A DNA stretch of 64,000 nt from positions 960,001 to 1,024,000 of the forward strand of contig JBJMOW010000004.1 of assembly GCA_045803545.1 (NCBI GenBank). Reading direction: 5' to 3'. Source of the stretch: Gemmatimonadaceae bacterium (GTDB taxonomy: Bacteria; Gemmatimonadota; Gemmatimonadetes; Gemmatimonadales; Gemmatimonadaceae). The notes under the pieces were generated by a model. It had not been told where the DNA came from. It worked only from the letters and a program-made list of their open reading frames with translations, and ran no database searches. How positions within the stretch are numbered: position 1 is the first letter of the stretch; each line of letters starts with the position of its first letter. Both the position numbers and the translations under genes were made by a program. Below are positions 20,781 to 30,675 of this stretch, piece by piece.

Positions 20781-21944
20781 TTACTTGAGTATGGCTTTCG
20801 CGATGGTCTGTAGCTGCATGTTGGAGGTCCCCTCGTAAATCGTTCCGATTTTCGCATCGCGGTAAAACTTTTCGACCGGATAATCCTTCGTGTATCCGTA
20901 ACCGCCGAAAAGTTCGATGCACAATGAGGTGACGCGCTCGCAGACCTGTGACGAGAAGAGCTTCGCCATCGCGCCTTCGCGCGCGATGTCCTTGCCGGCA
21001 TCCTTGAGACGCGCGGCGTTATAGACCATCAGGCGCGCTGCCTCGACCTCGGTCGCGGCCTGCGCCAGCTGGAACTGGATTGCCTGAAAGTCTGCGAGCT
21101 GTTTGCCGAATTGCTTGCGCTCCTGCACGTACGCGATCGCTGCATTCAAAGCGCCCTGGGCGATACCAATCATCTGCGCGCCAATACCGATGCGCCCACC
21201 ATTCAGCGTGTTGATCGCGATCTTGTAACCCTGACCAACCGGCCCAAGGACGTTCTCCTCGGGAACTTCACAGTTGTCGAGTAGGAGCTCAGTGGTGCTC
21301 GAGGCGCGAATGCCAAGCTTGTCTTCCTTCTTGCCAACCTTGAATCCCGCGAAATCACGCTCGATGATGAACGCCGTAATTCCGCGGTAACCCGCCGACG
21401 GATCAGAATTCGCGAACACGACGAAGATTCCCGCCTCGGCGCCATTCGTGATCCACAGCTTCTGACCGTTGAGAATCCACTTATTGCCGCGCTTCTCGGC
21501 GCGCGTGGCGAGTCCAAATGCATCCGAGCCCGACCCTGATTCGGACAGCGCATAGGCGCCGATCACGTCCGAGGTCAGCTGCGTCACGTACTTCGCTTTC
21601 TGAGTGTCAGTGCCGTACTTGAGGATCGGGAAGTTGACGAGGGTGTTCTGCACATCGCACACGATCGCCGCGGCTGCGTCGACCTTGCTGATCTCCTCGA
21701 CGGCGAGCGTCAGCATGAACAGGTTGCCGCCCGCCCCGCCGTATTGTTCGGGTGCTTCAATCCCCATCAAGCCAAGCTCGAAGTACTTCGGGAGCAGGGA
21801 TGGATCGATCTTTCCGGCTTTCTCCATTTCCATCACGCGCGGCCGCACCTCGTCCTGCGCAAAAGCGGCAATCGCGTCGCGAAACATCATCTCCTCTTCG
21901 GAGAGGACTGTTAACGCATTCACTGCCCCCGCCTCTGTCTCCAT
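20781..21944 (-). CDS. Acyl-CoA dehydrogenase (short/branched chain type)
   Basis: ALSESGSGSD, NGQKLWITN, KLGIRASST, GGYGY and IYEGTSN motifs. Confidence 0.95.
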   Translation of the reverse strand: METEAGAVNALTVLSEEEMMFRDAIAAFAQDEVRPRVMEMEKAGKIDPSLLPKYFELGLMGIEAPEQYGGAGGNLFMLTLAVEEISKVDAAAAIVCDVQNTLVNFPILKYGTDTQKAKYVTQLTSDVIGAYALSESGSGSDAFGLATRAEKRGNKWILNGQKLWITNGAEAGIFVVFANSDPSAGYRGITAFIIERDFAGFKVGKKEDKLGIRASSTTELLLDNCEVPEENVLGPVGQGYKIAINTLNGGRIGIGAQMIGIAQGALNAAIAYVQERKQFGKQLADFQAIQFQLAQAATEVEAARLMVYNAARLKDAGKDIAREGAMAKLFSSQVCERVTSLCIELFGGYGYTKDYPVEKFYRDAKIGTIYEGTSNMQLQTIAKAILK

Positions 21945-21946
21945 TC

Positions 21947-23998
21947 CTACCAGATCCTGGGCTGCATCGCAGCCGCACGAACCATCGGATCGCCTTCCTT
22001 GCAGCCCCATGCCGCCCTGAACTCCGGCATGTTGCTGAGTGGACCGTTAACCCGCCACTTGGACGGCGGATGCGGGTTCGAGCTGACGAGATAGCGCAAG
22101 AATTCCGGACGATCCAGCTCACGCCACACCTGCGCCCACCCGAGGAAGAAGCGTTGCTCGGGGGTGAATCCGTCGATTACCGGCTGTGGATGCGCCGCCA
22201 GGGCGCGCTTCATCGCAGCATATGCGACGGTGAGCCCGCCGAAATCTCCAATGTTCTCGCCAAGGGTGAGATTGCCCTGTACGTGCGTCGCGGTGTCGAG
22301 CACGGTGTACGCGTCGAACTGCGTGACGATCTTGTTGGCTTCGGTCTCGTACTTCGCCGCGTCTTCCTTCGTCCACCAGTCGCGCATGTTGCCGAACTTG
22401 TCGTACTGGCGACCCTGGTCGTCGAAGGCGTGTGACATCTCGTGACCGATCACTGCGCCCATCGCTCCATAGTTCAGCGCGTCGTCCGCATTGGGATCGT
22501 AAAATGGTGGCTGGAGAATACCTGCCGGGAACACGATCTCATTGAGCAGCGGATTCTCATAGGCATTCACAGTGGGCGGAGTCATTCCCCACTCGGTGCG
22601 GTCGGTCGGCTTACCGATCTTCGCCCAGTCGCGCTGCGACAGGAATTGATTCGCCGCGACGACATTTGCGTAGTAGCCCCCTGGCGTGATCTGCAGCTTC
22701 GAGTAGTCGCGCCATTTGTCGGGATATCCGATCTTTCGATTGAACGCGTCGAGCTTGACCAGCGCCTGCTGCTTGGTATCCGGGCTCATCCACTGCAACT
22801 GCTCGATGCGCGAACGCAGCTCGCGGACGAGATTGTCGACAATCGTGACTGCGCGGGCCTTGGCGGCAGGAGTGAATCTTCGGGCGACGAACTCCTGGCC
22901 AAGAACCTCGCCTAGATAATTGTCAGCAGCGTTGGTGCACCGCTTCCAGCGCGGACTGATCTCCGTCGCGCCGGTGAACAGCTTGTTGAACTCGAAATCC
23001 TGTTGCACGAACGGCGTGCTCAGCGATGCCGCGGAGCCGTGGATCAGCCGCCAGCGAAGCAGCGTCTTCCAGTCGGCGAGCGGGATGCTGGTAAGCATCT
23101 TGTCGAACGCCTGGAAAAACTCCGGTTGACCGACGTTGATCTTCTGTGGTGGCGTGATCCCAAGCGCGCGATAGAAGTCTTCCCACCTGAAATCCGGGGT
23201 CAGCGAATCGACCTGCCGCAGTGTCAGCCCATGATAGTTGTTGACGACATCTCGCAGCTGAATCGGCGTCCGCGACGCTTTCGCGAACTGGGTCTCGACG
23301 GCGAGGACTGTGTTTGCTTCAGCTTTCGCCTTGGCTGGGTCGTCGCCCACCAGTCGGAACATTCCAGCGATGTTGTCGACGAACTTGGCGCGCAGATTTG
23401 TCGACGCGGTGTCGGTCTTTGAGTAGTACTCGTTGTTGGGCAGCGACAATCCGCCCTGGTACAAACCGGCGATGGTGTTTGCAGCGTCTTTAGCGTCCTG
23501 AGCCGAGCCTTCGGAGATTGGCGCCAGCCCATAACTGTGCTCGAGCTCTCCGAGCGCTCGTTTCAGGTCGTCAACGCTATTGATCGCAGCAATGCGAGCG
23601 AAGCCGGGTTTAAGCGGCGTTGCGCCTAGTCGCTCGATGGCGACGGTGTCCATGCAGCTCGAATAGAAGGCGGCCATCTTGTAGTTGTCGGTCGCCGGCT
23701 TGTACTGGCCGGCCTTCAACCTGACAACGCTGGTATCGAGAATCTCCCGCAACAGCGCCTGGTTCTGATCGAACAGCTGATCGAACGCTCCGTAACTCGA
23801 ATAATCTCCGGGGATCTTCGCGGTCTGCAGCCAGCCACCGTTGGCATAAGAGTAAAAGTCTTCGCACGGACCGCACGTGGTATCCATGTTCGCGCGATCG
23901 AACGGTTTGGTTTGCACGGGTGCCTGCGCGCCCAAAACACTCGCAAACGCCAGCGCAAGAAACAGTGGGTGGGCCAGGGTTCGACGAGAGCAAATCAC
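21947..23998 (-). CDS. M13 (neprilysin/PepO) metallopeptidase, secreted
   Basis: CEDFYSYANGGW, VNAY, GHEMSHAFD and GENIGD; AGGAGG 6 nt before GTG 23998. Confidence 0.94.
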   Translation of the reverse strand: MICSRRTLAHPLFLALAFASVLGAQAPVQTKPFDRANMDTTCGPCEDFYSYANGGWLQTAKIPGDYSSYGAFDQLFDQNQALLREILDTSVVRLKAGQYKPATDNYKMAAFYSSCMDTVAIERLGATPLKPGFARIAAINSVDDLKRALGELEHSYGLAPISEGSAQDAKDAANTIAGLYQGGLSLPNNEYYSKTDTASTNLRAKFVDNIAGMFRLVGDDPAKAKAEANTVLAVETQFAKASRTPIQLRDVVNNYHGLTLRQVDSLTPDFRWEDFYRALGITPPQKINVGQPEFFQAFDKMLTSIPLADWKTLLRWRLIHGSAASLSTPFVQQDFEFNKLFTGATEISPRWKRCTNAADNYLGEVLGQEFVARRFTPAAKARAVTIVDNLVRELRSRIEQLQWMSPDTKQQALVKLDAFNRKIGYPDKWRDYSKLQITPGGYYANVVAANQFLSQRDWAKIGKPTDRTEWGMTPPTVNAYENPLLNEIVFPAGILQPPFYDPNADDALNYGAMGAVIGHEMSHAFDDQGRQYDKFGNMRDWWTKEDAAKYETEANKIVTQFDAYTVLDTATHVQGNLTLGENIGDFGGLTVAYAAMKRALAAHPQPVIDGFTPEQRFFLGWAQVWRELDRPEFLRYLVSSNPHPPSKWRVNGPLSNMPEFRAAWGCKEGDPMVRAAAMQPRIW

Positions 23999-24012
23999 CG
24001 ACATCCTCCTTT

Positions 24013-24504
24013 TTATGTAGCGGTTTGTCGCGATGTTGCGGTCTGACGCGCCGTCTTGGCGCGGCATGCGTCACCGCAGAGTGTCTCGGAGCAATCTGGA
24101 TCCCAGCAGCGGTCCGCCTCGGCTCCGACAAAGGCCTTGATCGGTTCGATGCCGGCGCGCTCCAGAATCAACTCTCCGAGCTTTTCGTGGACGCCGAAGG
24201 CAGGCGTCACGCTGAATGTCACGTGAGGGAAGGGTCGCGCGGCAGCGGCCACCATCTGCGGAATATCGGTGGTGGAATGGCGACCCGGCGACAGCATGTA
24301 CGGGAAAACGATCACATCGTCTGCCCCGCGAGTCACGCAGTCTGCAAAACCTGCGTTGATATCGGGATCGGCAAGATCCATATGGGCGAAGCTGACAACG
24401 ACGTCGGAACCAGTCATCGTCTGCAGCAGGTTGGCCATGCACCGCATCATGCCGTTCGCCTCGGCGCGAACCGAGCCGTGATCGACGATGAGAATTCCTT
24501 TCAT
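24013..24504 (-). CDS. CbiX/SirB-like single-domain chelatase with Cys-rich C-terminus
   Basis: ILIVDHGS and PYMLSPGRHSTTDIP motifs; tail CWDPDCSETLCGDAC. Confidence 0.8.
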   Translation of the reverse strand: MKGILIVDHGSVRAEANGMMRCMANLLQTMTGSDVVVSFAHMDLADPDINAGFADCVTRGADDVIVFPYMLSPGRHSTTDIPQMVAAAARPFPHVTFSVTPAFGVHEKLGELILERAGIEPIKAFVGAEADRCWDPDCSETLCGDACRAKTARQTATSRQTAT

Positions 24505-24536
24505 CTTTGCAAAATGGCGGTCAACACGCTGCGAGA

Positions 24537-25082
24537 CTAGTGCGGAGCTTCGTCCAGGCTGGTGCCGCGATGCCAGGTAGGTACGGCAAGGCCGCCCGCG
24601 TCCTCGTAAAAATGGATCTTGTTGGGCGCGTACATTTTGGTGAGGAAAATGATCTGCCCAGTGTGCATCGCGAAATGCTCCACGACGTGATAAACAGCGG
24701 CGAGGACCGTCGTTTCGCGATCCTGAATCACCAAGGGTCGTTCAAGATCTCGGGGCGTTAGCTGCGCCAGGACTGAGTCAGCTTCACGTAAGATTTGTTC
24801 GAGACCGTCCAGTAGTGTGCGCGCGTCGGCACCCTCCTGCTGGGCGAATTCTGACGCACGATGCCGGTGGTATTGCCGCCCGCCCACGCCGCCGAGGATC
24901 CACTCGGTGACATTCCCCGTGAGGTGCACCAGCAGATTGCCGATGCTGTTGCAACCGTCATCCGGACGAGTCCACACTGCCTGCCGCGGCAGCGCCTCGA
25001 CACAATGCCGAAGCTTGATCGGGTATTCCTTGGCCAGCCAGTATCTGGACCGAGCGATGAAATCGTCGGCGATCGACATCAC
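24537..25082 (-). CDS. DinB-superfamily protein (DUF1572/DUF664-like)
   Basis: NSIGNLLVHLTGN and HFAMHTGQI metal-binding His pattern. Confidence 0.85.
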   Translation of the reverse strand: MMSIADDFIARSRYWLAKEYPIKLRHCVEALPRQAVWTRPDDGCNSIGNLLVHLTGNVTEWILGGVGGRQYHRHRASEFAQQEGADARTLLDGLEQILREADSVLAQLTPRDLERPLVIQDRETTVLAAVYHVVEHFAMHTGQIIFLTKMYAPNKIHFYEDAGGLAVPTWHRGTSLDEAPH

Positions 25083-26974
25083 GCCGTCTTCGCCTCGGTG
25101 GCAGCCAGGGTATCACGGAAGACATCGAGCGCGAGCTCCACTTTTCCAAATGGCGCCGACACCTGCACACCCTGGACATGCGGTCGCACGCGTTCGAGCA
25201 TCTCGCGAGCAATGGCGATTCCTTCGGCGACGCCGTGCTCCTTCGACTTCGCGCTTGCAGCCCGCATGCGCTCGATGATCTTCGGTGGCACGACGACGCC
25301 GGGGACTTCGTTGGCGAGGAACTCGGCGTTGCGCAAAGAGACGAGCGGCCAAATGCCGGCCACGATCGGAATCCGCACGTGGTCGATCGTGGAAAGGAAT
25401 TTGTCCAGCTGATTCACGTCAAACACCGGCTGTGTAATGGCGTATTCGGCGCCCGCTTCGACCTTCCACTCAAACCTCTTTAGTTCATGAGCGGGATCGA
25501 TCGCCGCCGGATTCACGCCGACGCCGATGGTGAACTTCGTCGGCTGGCCAATCGCGTTGGCGCCGGGATCGAGGCCGTGATTCAGGTTGCTCACCAGATT
25601 GGTGAGTCCGATCGCATCGATGTCGAAAACGGCGGTCGCATTAGGATACGGACCCATTTTCGGCGGATCGCCCGTGATCAGTAGCAAGTTGCGGAGGCCG
25701 ACCGCCGACGCTCCCAACAAATCGCTTAACATCCCCAGCAGATTGCGATCGCGACAGCAGTAATGGATGACAGTCTCGATTCCGACCTGCTGCTCGATGA
25801 GAATGCTGCAGAGGAGTGCACCCATCCGCGACTGAGCGCGCGGGCCGTCAGGGACGTTGACCGCGTCGACGCCTGCATCACGCAATGCAGCGGTGTCGCG
25901 AATCATCTTTGCCGCATCGACACCGCGCGGTGGAACGATCTCGACAGAGGTTACGAACTCTCCAGTGGCGATCTTGCGCCCCCACTTCGAACGCTCCGCG
26001 AGTGGCACGGGCTGGACCCCCGGATTCTCCGGCGGCACATCGGGATGACTCTGCCGCCTCTCCTTCATCGGCACGCGCGCCTGGCGTGGCGAAAGGGGAC
26101 GCACTCCCTCTACCATCGCCGCGATGTGCTCCGGCGTTGTTCCGCAGCAGCCCCCGACGATCTTGGCACCGGCCTGGACCAGGTGATGGGCATAGGTGGC
26201 CATGTACTCGGGGCTCGCCATGTACATGCTGCGACCGCTTACGTCGCGTGGCATGCCTGCGTTCGGCTGAGCAGATAATTTCCGCCGCGTAACCTGCGCC
26301 ATCTTTTCGATCGCATCGAGAATGATCTGCGGACCGACGGAGCAGTTGAGGCCGATGACGTCGGCGCCGAATGCGTCGAGCGTTTGCGCGAGATCTTCGG
26401 GCGTTACTCCATACGGAGTGTGACAATCAGAACCGATCGTCATCTGTGCGATGACAGGTATAGTCGCATCGACTTCGCGTGCGGCGAGAATCGCCTGCTC
26501 GACTTCGTGGATATCAGCGAAGGTCTCTAGGAGGAATAAATCGCAGCCCCCGTCCTTGAGCGCCTGCAACTGTTCACGGAATGCGGCGCGCGCCTCATCG
26601 AGACTGGTCGGACCAAAAGGCTCGATGCGAAGACCGAGCGGACCGACGGCGCCCGCCACAAGCAGCTCACCGTCCGCAACTTCGCGCGCCAGCTTTGCGG
26701 CAGCGCGATTGATCTCCGCCACCTGCGCGACGAGTCCGTATTGCTCGAGCTTGAAGCGATTGGCGCCGAAGCTATTGGTCTCCAGCACCTCGGCTCCCGC
26801 TTTCTTGTACGCCTTGTGGACGTCGCGCACGAGATCCGGCGCCCTAAGGTTAAGCTCGTCGTAGCACTGATTGATGAAGACGCCCTTGTTGTACAGCATC
26901 GTCCCCATCGCGCCGTCGAAGACGACGACCTGAAGCGGATCGAGAAGTCGCGACAGCAGCGGATTGTCAGGCAA
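25079..26974 (-). CDS. yitJ: Bifunctional homocysteine S-methyltransferase / 5,10-methylenetetrahydrofolate reductase (YitJ-like)
   Basis: DGAMGT, GLNCSVGP, GGCCGTTPEHI, then MTHFR domain (CRDRN, ITGDPP, ITQP); GGAGG plus TTG start at 26974 overlapping the metH stop. Confidence 0.9.
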   Translation of the reverse strand: MPDNPLLSRLLDPLQVVVFDGAMGTMLYNKGVFINQCYDELNLRAPDLVRDVHKAYKKAGAEVLETNSFGANRFKLEQYGLVAQVAEINRAAAKLAREVADGELLVAGAVGPLGLRIEPFGPTSLDEARAAFREQLQALKDGGCDLFLLETFADIHEVEQAILAAREVDATIPVIAQMTIGSDCHTPYGVTPEDLAQTLDAFGADVIGLNCSVGPQIILDAIEKMAQVTRRKLSAQPNAGMPRDVSGRSMYMASPEYMATYAHHLVQAGAKIVGGCCGTTPEHIAAMVEGVRPLSPRQARVPMKERRQSHPDVPPENPGVQPVPLAERSKWGRKIATGEFVTSVEIVPPRGVDAAKMIRDTAALRDAGVDAVNVPDGPRAQSRMGALLCSILIEQQVGIETVIHYCCRDRNLLGMLSDLLGASAVGLRNLLLITGDPPKMGPYPNATAVFDIDAIGLTNLVSNLNHGLDPGANAIGQPTKFTIGVGVNPAAIDPAHELKRFEWKVEAGAEYAITQPVFDVNQLDKFLSTIDHVRIPIVAGIWPLVSLRNAEFLANEVPGVVVPPKIIERMRAASAKSKEHGVAEGIAIAREMLERVRPHVQGVQVSAPFGKVELALDVFRDTLAATEAKTA

Positions 26975-29900
26975 CGGCGGCCTCCGGCGCGCCGGCTTGC
27001 GCACCCGTGCCGCGCACGGCGTAGTACTTCGCCTCTGGATGGTGCATGATCACTGCGGCGGTCGATTGTTCGGGCAGCAGCTGGAACGCTTCGGTGAGAT
27101 CCATGCCGAGCGCTTCTTTTGCGGGAAGCAGTTTGAACACGACGGTGTGATCGTCGAGATCGGGGCATGCGCCGTAGCCCCACGAGTATCTCTTCCCACT
27201 ATCTACGCCCAACTCTTTCTTGATGCGTCGATGCGCCCACTCGGCGACCGCTTCCGCCGATTCGACCGAGAGTCCGTGCGAGTAGAACGCTTCGGTGTAT
27301 TCGTTCCTGCCCTGGAGTTCGTCGAACCGCTTCGTCGCTTCGTCGCCGACGGTGACGACCTGCAGCGGTACGACGTCTACATCACCTGAATCCACGCTAC
27401 GCACATAGTCGGCGAGACAAAGCCGCTCGCGACCGACCATTCGCGGGAAGTGAAATCGCGCGATCTCGCGCAGCGAGCCGCCGTCGCTCGAGTATGCAGC
27501 CGGATCATAGATGATTACGTCGTTGCCCTTGGATTGGGCAGGGAAGTAGCCGTAGACGACTTGCGGTTTGATCCAACCGTTCTGCTTCGCATTTTTCTTG
27601 AGACGCTCGAGCGCGGGCTCGAACTCTTTCTTTACGGTTTGTTTGTAGGCATCGCCTGAGCCGCGCGCGCCCCACTGCAGGCGATATAGCTCGTCGAGAT
27701 CCAGCAGGTCGAATACTTCGTCGAGCGGAATGTCACGAATGACGCGGGTGCCCCAGAATGGCGGCTTAGGAACAGGATTGTTTGCCGCGACGTCGCTGCG
27801 CTCGCCACCTGCCTCGCCGACCGCGATGTCTTTGCCGACAGCAGTCTTCAGGAAAACGTCGTTGCGGGCGTCTTCGAGATTCTTGATCACGAATTCTTTG
27901 CGCTGCTTCGGATCCTGGAGCACGTCCATCGTCTCCAGTCCCTCGAAGGCATCCTTGCAGTAGAAGACGCCGGAACCGTAGTGTCGATCGCCGTCGACGA
28001 ACAGCGCCCGGCGGCCGAACCGACGATTGATTGCCGCGCCGCCGATCAACACGGGAATCTTCATCCCGCGCTTGTCGAGCTCCTGAACGCATAGCGGCAT
28101 CTGCTTCGACGTCGACACCAGCAGCGCACTCAATCCAATCGCATCAGCGCCAACTTCAACCGCCTTGTCCAGAATCGTGTTGACCGGAACTTGCTTGCCG
28201 AGGTCGTAGACGGTGTAGCCGTTGTTGGAGAGAATGGTGTTGACGAGCGATTTGCCGATGTCATGCACGTCGCCGTAGACCGTCGCGAGGACGACTTTGC
28301 CCTTGGTGAATCCCTCGGCCTTCTCGAGGAACTGCTCGAGATGTTTGACCGCCTTTTTCATTACTTCAGCGGACTGCAGAACGAAGGGGAGAATCAGCTC
28401 GCCAGCGCCGAACTTATCGCCGACTTCTTTCATCGCTGGCAGCAAGACATCGTTGAGCACCCGCACCGGATTCTCGCGCACGCCGGCGGTATCGAGCTGC
28501 TCTTCGATTCCTTCTTTCTTGCGGTGGAGGATCATCCAGTGGATGCGCTGATCCGACGTCATGCCCGCGGTCGGATCCTCTTTCTCGTTTTGCGTCGCCG
28601 CTGCGCCTGGTCCGGCCGCCGCGTAATGTTCGATGAAACGCTGAAGCGCGTCCGCCCGCTTGTTGAACACAAGATCATCGGCAAGCTCGCGCTCCGCCTG
28701 TGATATCTCGGCATAGGGCCGGATGTGCGCGGGATTGACGATCGCCGCGTCGAGCCCAGCCTGCACGCAATGGTGCAGGAACACCGAGTTGAGAACGCCC
28801 CGAGCATCCGGCGACAGACCAAAGCTGACGTTGGACACGCCAAGGATGGTCGATACGCCCGGGAGCTCGCGCTTTATGAGTCGAATGCCCTCGATCGTCT
28901 CTTTGCCCGACTCGATCCACTCCGCATCACCGGTCGCCAGCGTGAAGGTGAGCGCATCGTAGATGATATCCTCGGGTGCGAGGCCGTACTCATCGACAAC
29001 GATGTCGTAAATCTTTCTGGCGACCTCGAGCTTTCGCTCGCGGGTCTTTGCCATGCCGATCTCGTCGATGGTGAGCGCAATCACGGCTGCGCCGTGCTTT
29101 TTCACCAACGGCACCACAGCATCGATGCGCTTGCGGCCATTCTCCATATTGATGGAGTTCACGATTCCACGGCCGGGAATGTGCTCGAGCGCTTTCTCGA
29201 TGACGTTGGCTTCGGTCGAGTCGATGACGAGCGGCGTCTCAACGCTCATCGACAACAGCTTGACGACCTTCGACATCTGCTCGGCTTCGTCCGCGCGCTC
29301 GGTGAGCGCCACACAGACGTCGAGGACGTGCGCGCCCGAATCGACCTGATCGCGCGCCACCTCGAGAATGCCCTCGTAGTCGTCCGCGAGCAGGAGGCGC
29401 TTCACCTTGCGAGACCCCTGCGAATTGACGCGCTCCCCGACCAGAAGCGGCGGCGGATCCTGATGCAATGTGATCGCGCGCATCGCCGAGCTGACGCGTG
29501 GAACGTGACTCGGATGTTGAGGCTTCGATTCGGGCTCGGCTTTTCGAACCGCCTTGACGATCGCCGACAGGTGCTCGGGCGTCGTCCCACAACAGCCGCC
29601 CACGATACGAACACCGAAGTCGCGCACGAATTCCGAGAGCGCGGCCGCCATTGGTGCCGGCTCGAGCGGATAAACAGCTTCGCCGACGCCAGTGTTGAGC
29701 GGCAATCCCGCATTCGGAATTACCGAGAGCGGCAGAGTGGCATGCTCCGAGAGATAGCGAATTGGCTCGCGCATGTGCTCGGGACCAGTCGAGCAATTCA
29801 GTCCGATGACATCGACGTTGAGCGCCTCGAGTGTCGTCATCGCGCTGGCGATGTCGGTGCCGAGCAGCATGCGGCCGCTGACGTCGAGCGTGACCTGCGC

Positions 29901-30497
29901 CTGGATCGGAACGCGACGCCCGATTTCCGCGAACAGCTGCTCGATGCCGGCGACTGCAGCTTTTACTTCGAGGATGTCCTGCGAGGTCTCGATCAGAAGA
30001 ACGTCGACGCCGCCTTCGACGAGATACTTCGCCTGCTCGTAGTAATTCGCCGCGAGCTCTTCGTAGGTGATTTTGGATAGGGCCGGATCGGAGCTGGAAG
30101 GCAGCATTCCGGTTGGTCCCATCGATGCAGCGACGAACCGCGGTTTATCCGGCGTTGAGAATTTGTCCGCCGCCGCTCGCGCGAGCCGCGCCGCCGCGAT
30201 GTTGACCTCGCGCACTTTGTCGCCCAATCCCCATTCGTGCAACCGGCGCGGAGTCGACTGGAATGTGCAGGTCTCCACGACGTCGCAACCGACTTTCAGG
30301 AAGGATTCATGGATTTCCTGAATGACATCAGGCCGGGTGAGGACGAGGTGATCGTTGCACCCTTCGAGCGCTTTGCCTCCGAAATCTTCGGCGGTCAAGT
30401 GATAGCGCTGGATGTTCGTCCCCATCGCGCCGTCATAAACGAGGACGCGGCGATTCAGTTCTTCGAGGTAGCGAGAATCAATCTTTCGTTCAGCCAT
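26967..30497 (-). CDS. metH: Cobalamin-dependent methionine synthase
   Basis: Hcy domain (GGCCGT), pterin domain (GERVN), B12 motif GDVHDIGK, reactivation motif RYSWGYGACPDL; start moved to ATG 30497 (SD GGGAG) downstream of the riboswitch. Confidence 0.96.
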   Translation of the reverse strand: MAERKIDSRYLEELNRRVLVYDGAMGTNIQRYHLTAEDFGGKALEGCNDHLVLTRPDVIQEIHESFLKVGCDVVETCTFQSTPRRLHEWGLGDKVREVNIAAARLARAAADKFSTPDKPRFVAASMGPTGMLPSSSDPALSKITYEELAANYYEQAKYLVEGGVDVLLIETSQDILEVKAAVAGIEQLFAEIGRRVPIQAQVTLDVSGRMLLGTDIASAMTTLEALNVDVIGLNCSTGPEHMREPIRYLSEHATLPLSVIPNAGLPLNTGVGEAVYPLEPAPMAAALSEFVRDFGVRIVGGCCGTTPEHLSAIVKAVRKAEPESKPQHPSHVPRVSSAMRAITLHQDPPPLLVGERVNSQGSRKVKRLLLADDYEGILEVARDQVDSGAHVLDVCVALTERADEAEQMSKVVKLLSMSVETPLVIDSTEANVIEKALEHIPGRGIVNSINMENGRKRIDAVVPLVKKHGAAVIALTIDEIGMAKTRERKLEVARKIYDIVVDEYGLAPEDIIYDALTFTLATGDAEWIESGKETIEGIRLIKRELPGVSTILGVSNVSFGLSPDARGVLNSVFLHHCVQAGLDAAIVNPAHIRPYAEISQAERELADDLVFNKRADALQRFIEHYAAAGPGAAATQNEKEDPTAGMTSDQRIHWMILHRKKEGIEEQLDTAGVRENPVRVLNDVLLPAMKEVGDKFGAGELILPFVLQSAEVMKKAVKHLEQFLEKAEGFTKGKVVLATVYGDVHDIGKSLVNTILSNNGYTVYDLGKQVPVNTILDKAVEVGADAIGLSALLVSTSKQMPLCVQELDKRGMKIPVLIGGAAINRRFGRRALFVDGDRHYGSGVFYCKDAFEGLETMDVLQDPKQRKEFVIKNLEDARNDVFLKTAVGKDIAVGEAGGERSDVAANNPVPKPPFWGTRVIRDIPLDEVFDLLDLDELYRLQWGARGSGDAYKQTVKKEFEPALERLKKNAKQNGWIKPQVVYGYFPAQSKGNDVIIYDPAAYSSDGGSLREIARFHFPRMVGRERLCLADYVRSVDSGDVDVVPLQVVTVGDEATKRFDELQGRNEYTEAFYSHGLSVESAEAVAEWAHRRIKKELGVDSGKRYSWGYGACPDLDDHTVVFKLLPAKEALGMDLTEAFQLLPEQSTAAVIMHHPEAKYYAVRGTGAQAGAPEAAVA

Positions 30498-30532
30498 CGG
30501 TTCCCAGCTCCCGCTCTTAACTGAGCGGTAAC

Positions 30533-30559
30533 AAAAAAGCCCGCGCATAGGCGCCGGGC
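30533..30559 (-). terminator. Intrinsic terminator in the metH leader (riboswitch expression platform)
   Basis: Minus strand GCCCGGCGC-CTAT-GCGCGGGC-TTTTTT directly after the aptamer. Confidence 0.75.
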
Positions 30560-30564
30560 CAGCG

Positions 30565-30612
30565 CTTTAGCGGATTGTTTAACGTGGCCGCAAGTTGCTT
30601 TAAATCGCCACG
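30565..30612 (-). ncRNA. SAM-II (SAM_alpha-type) riboswitch aptamer
   Basis: Minus strand CGTGGCGATTT-AAAGCAACTTGCGG-CCACG-TTAAACAATCCGCTAAAG matches the SAM-II pattern (CGUGG/CCACG P1, GAUUU, UAAA..GCUAAA); located 5' of metH. Confidence 0.88.
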
Positions 30613-30634
30613 ATTTCGATTAACACCCTTCGCT

Positions 30635-30663
30635 ATTGTAGTGAGGAGATCGGCGCTCGGCAA
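30635..30663 (-). promoter_or_regulatory. Sigma70-type promoter of the metH leader
   Basis: TTGCCG-17 nt-TACAAT on the minus strand, upstream of the aptamer. Confidence 0.7.
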
Positions 30664-30675
30664 GTTCTTGATGCG

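Noticed and set aside
28725..30080. 451-aa plus-strand ORF
   Set aside because: Antisense shadow of metH, expected with high-GC codon bias; no recognisable motif.
30498..30548. ORF-track N-terminal extension of MetH
   Set aside because: It overlaps the leader terminator; ATG 30497 has an SD and fits better.
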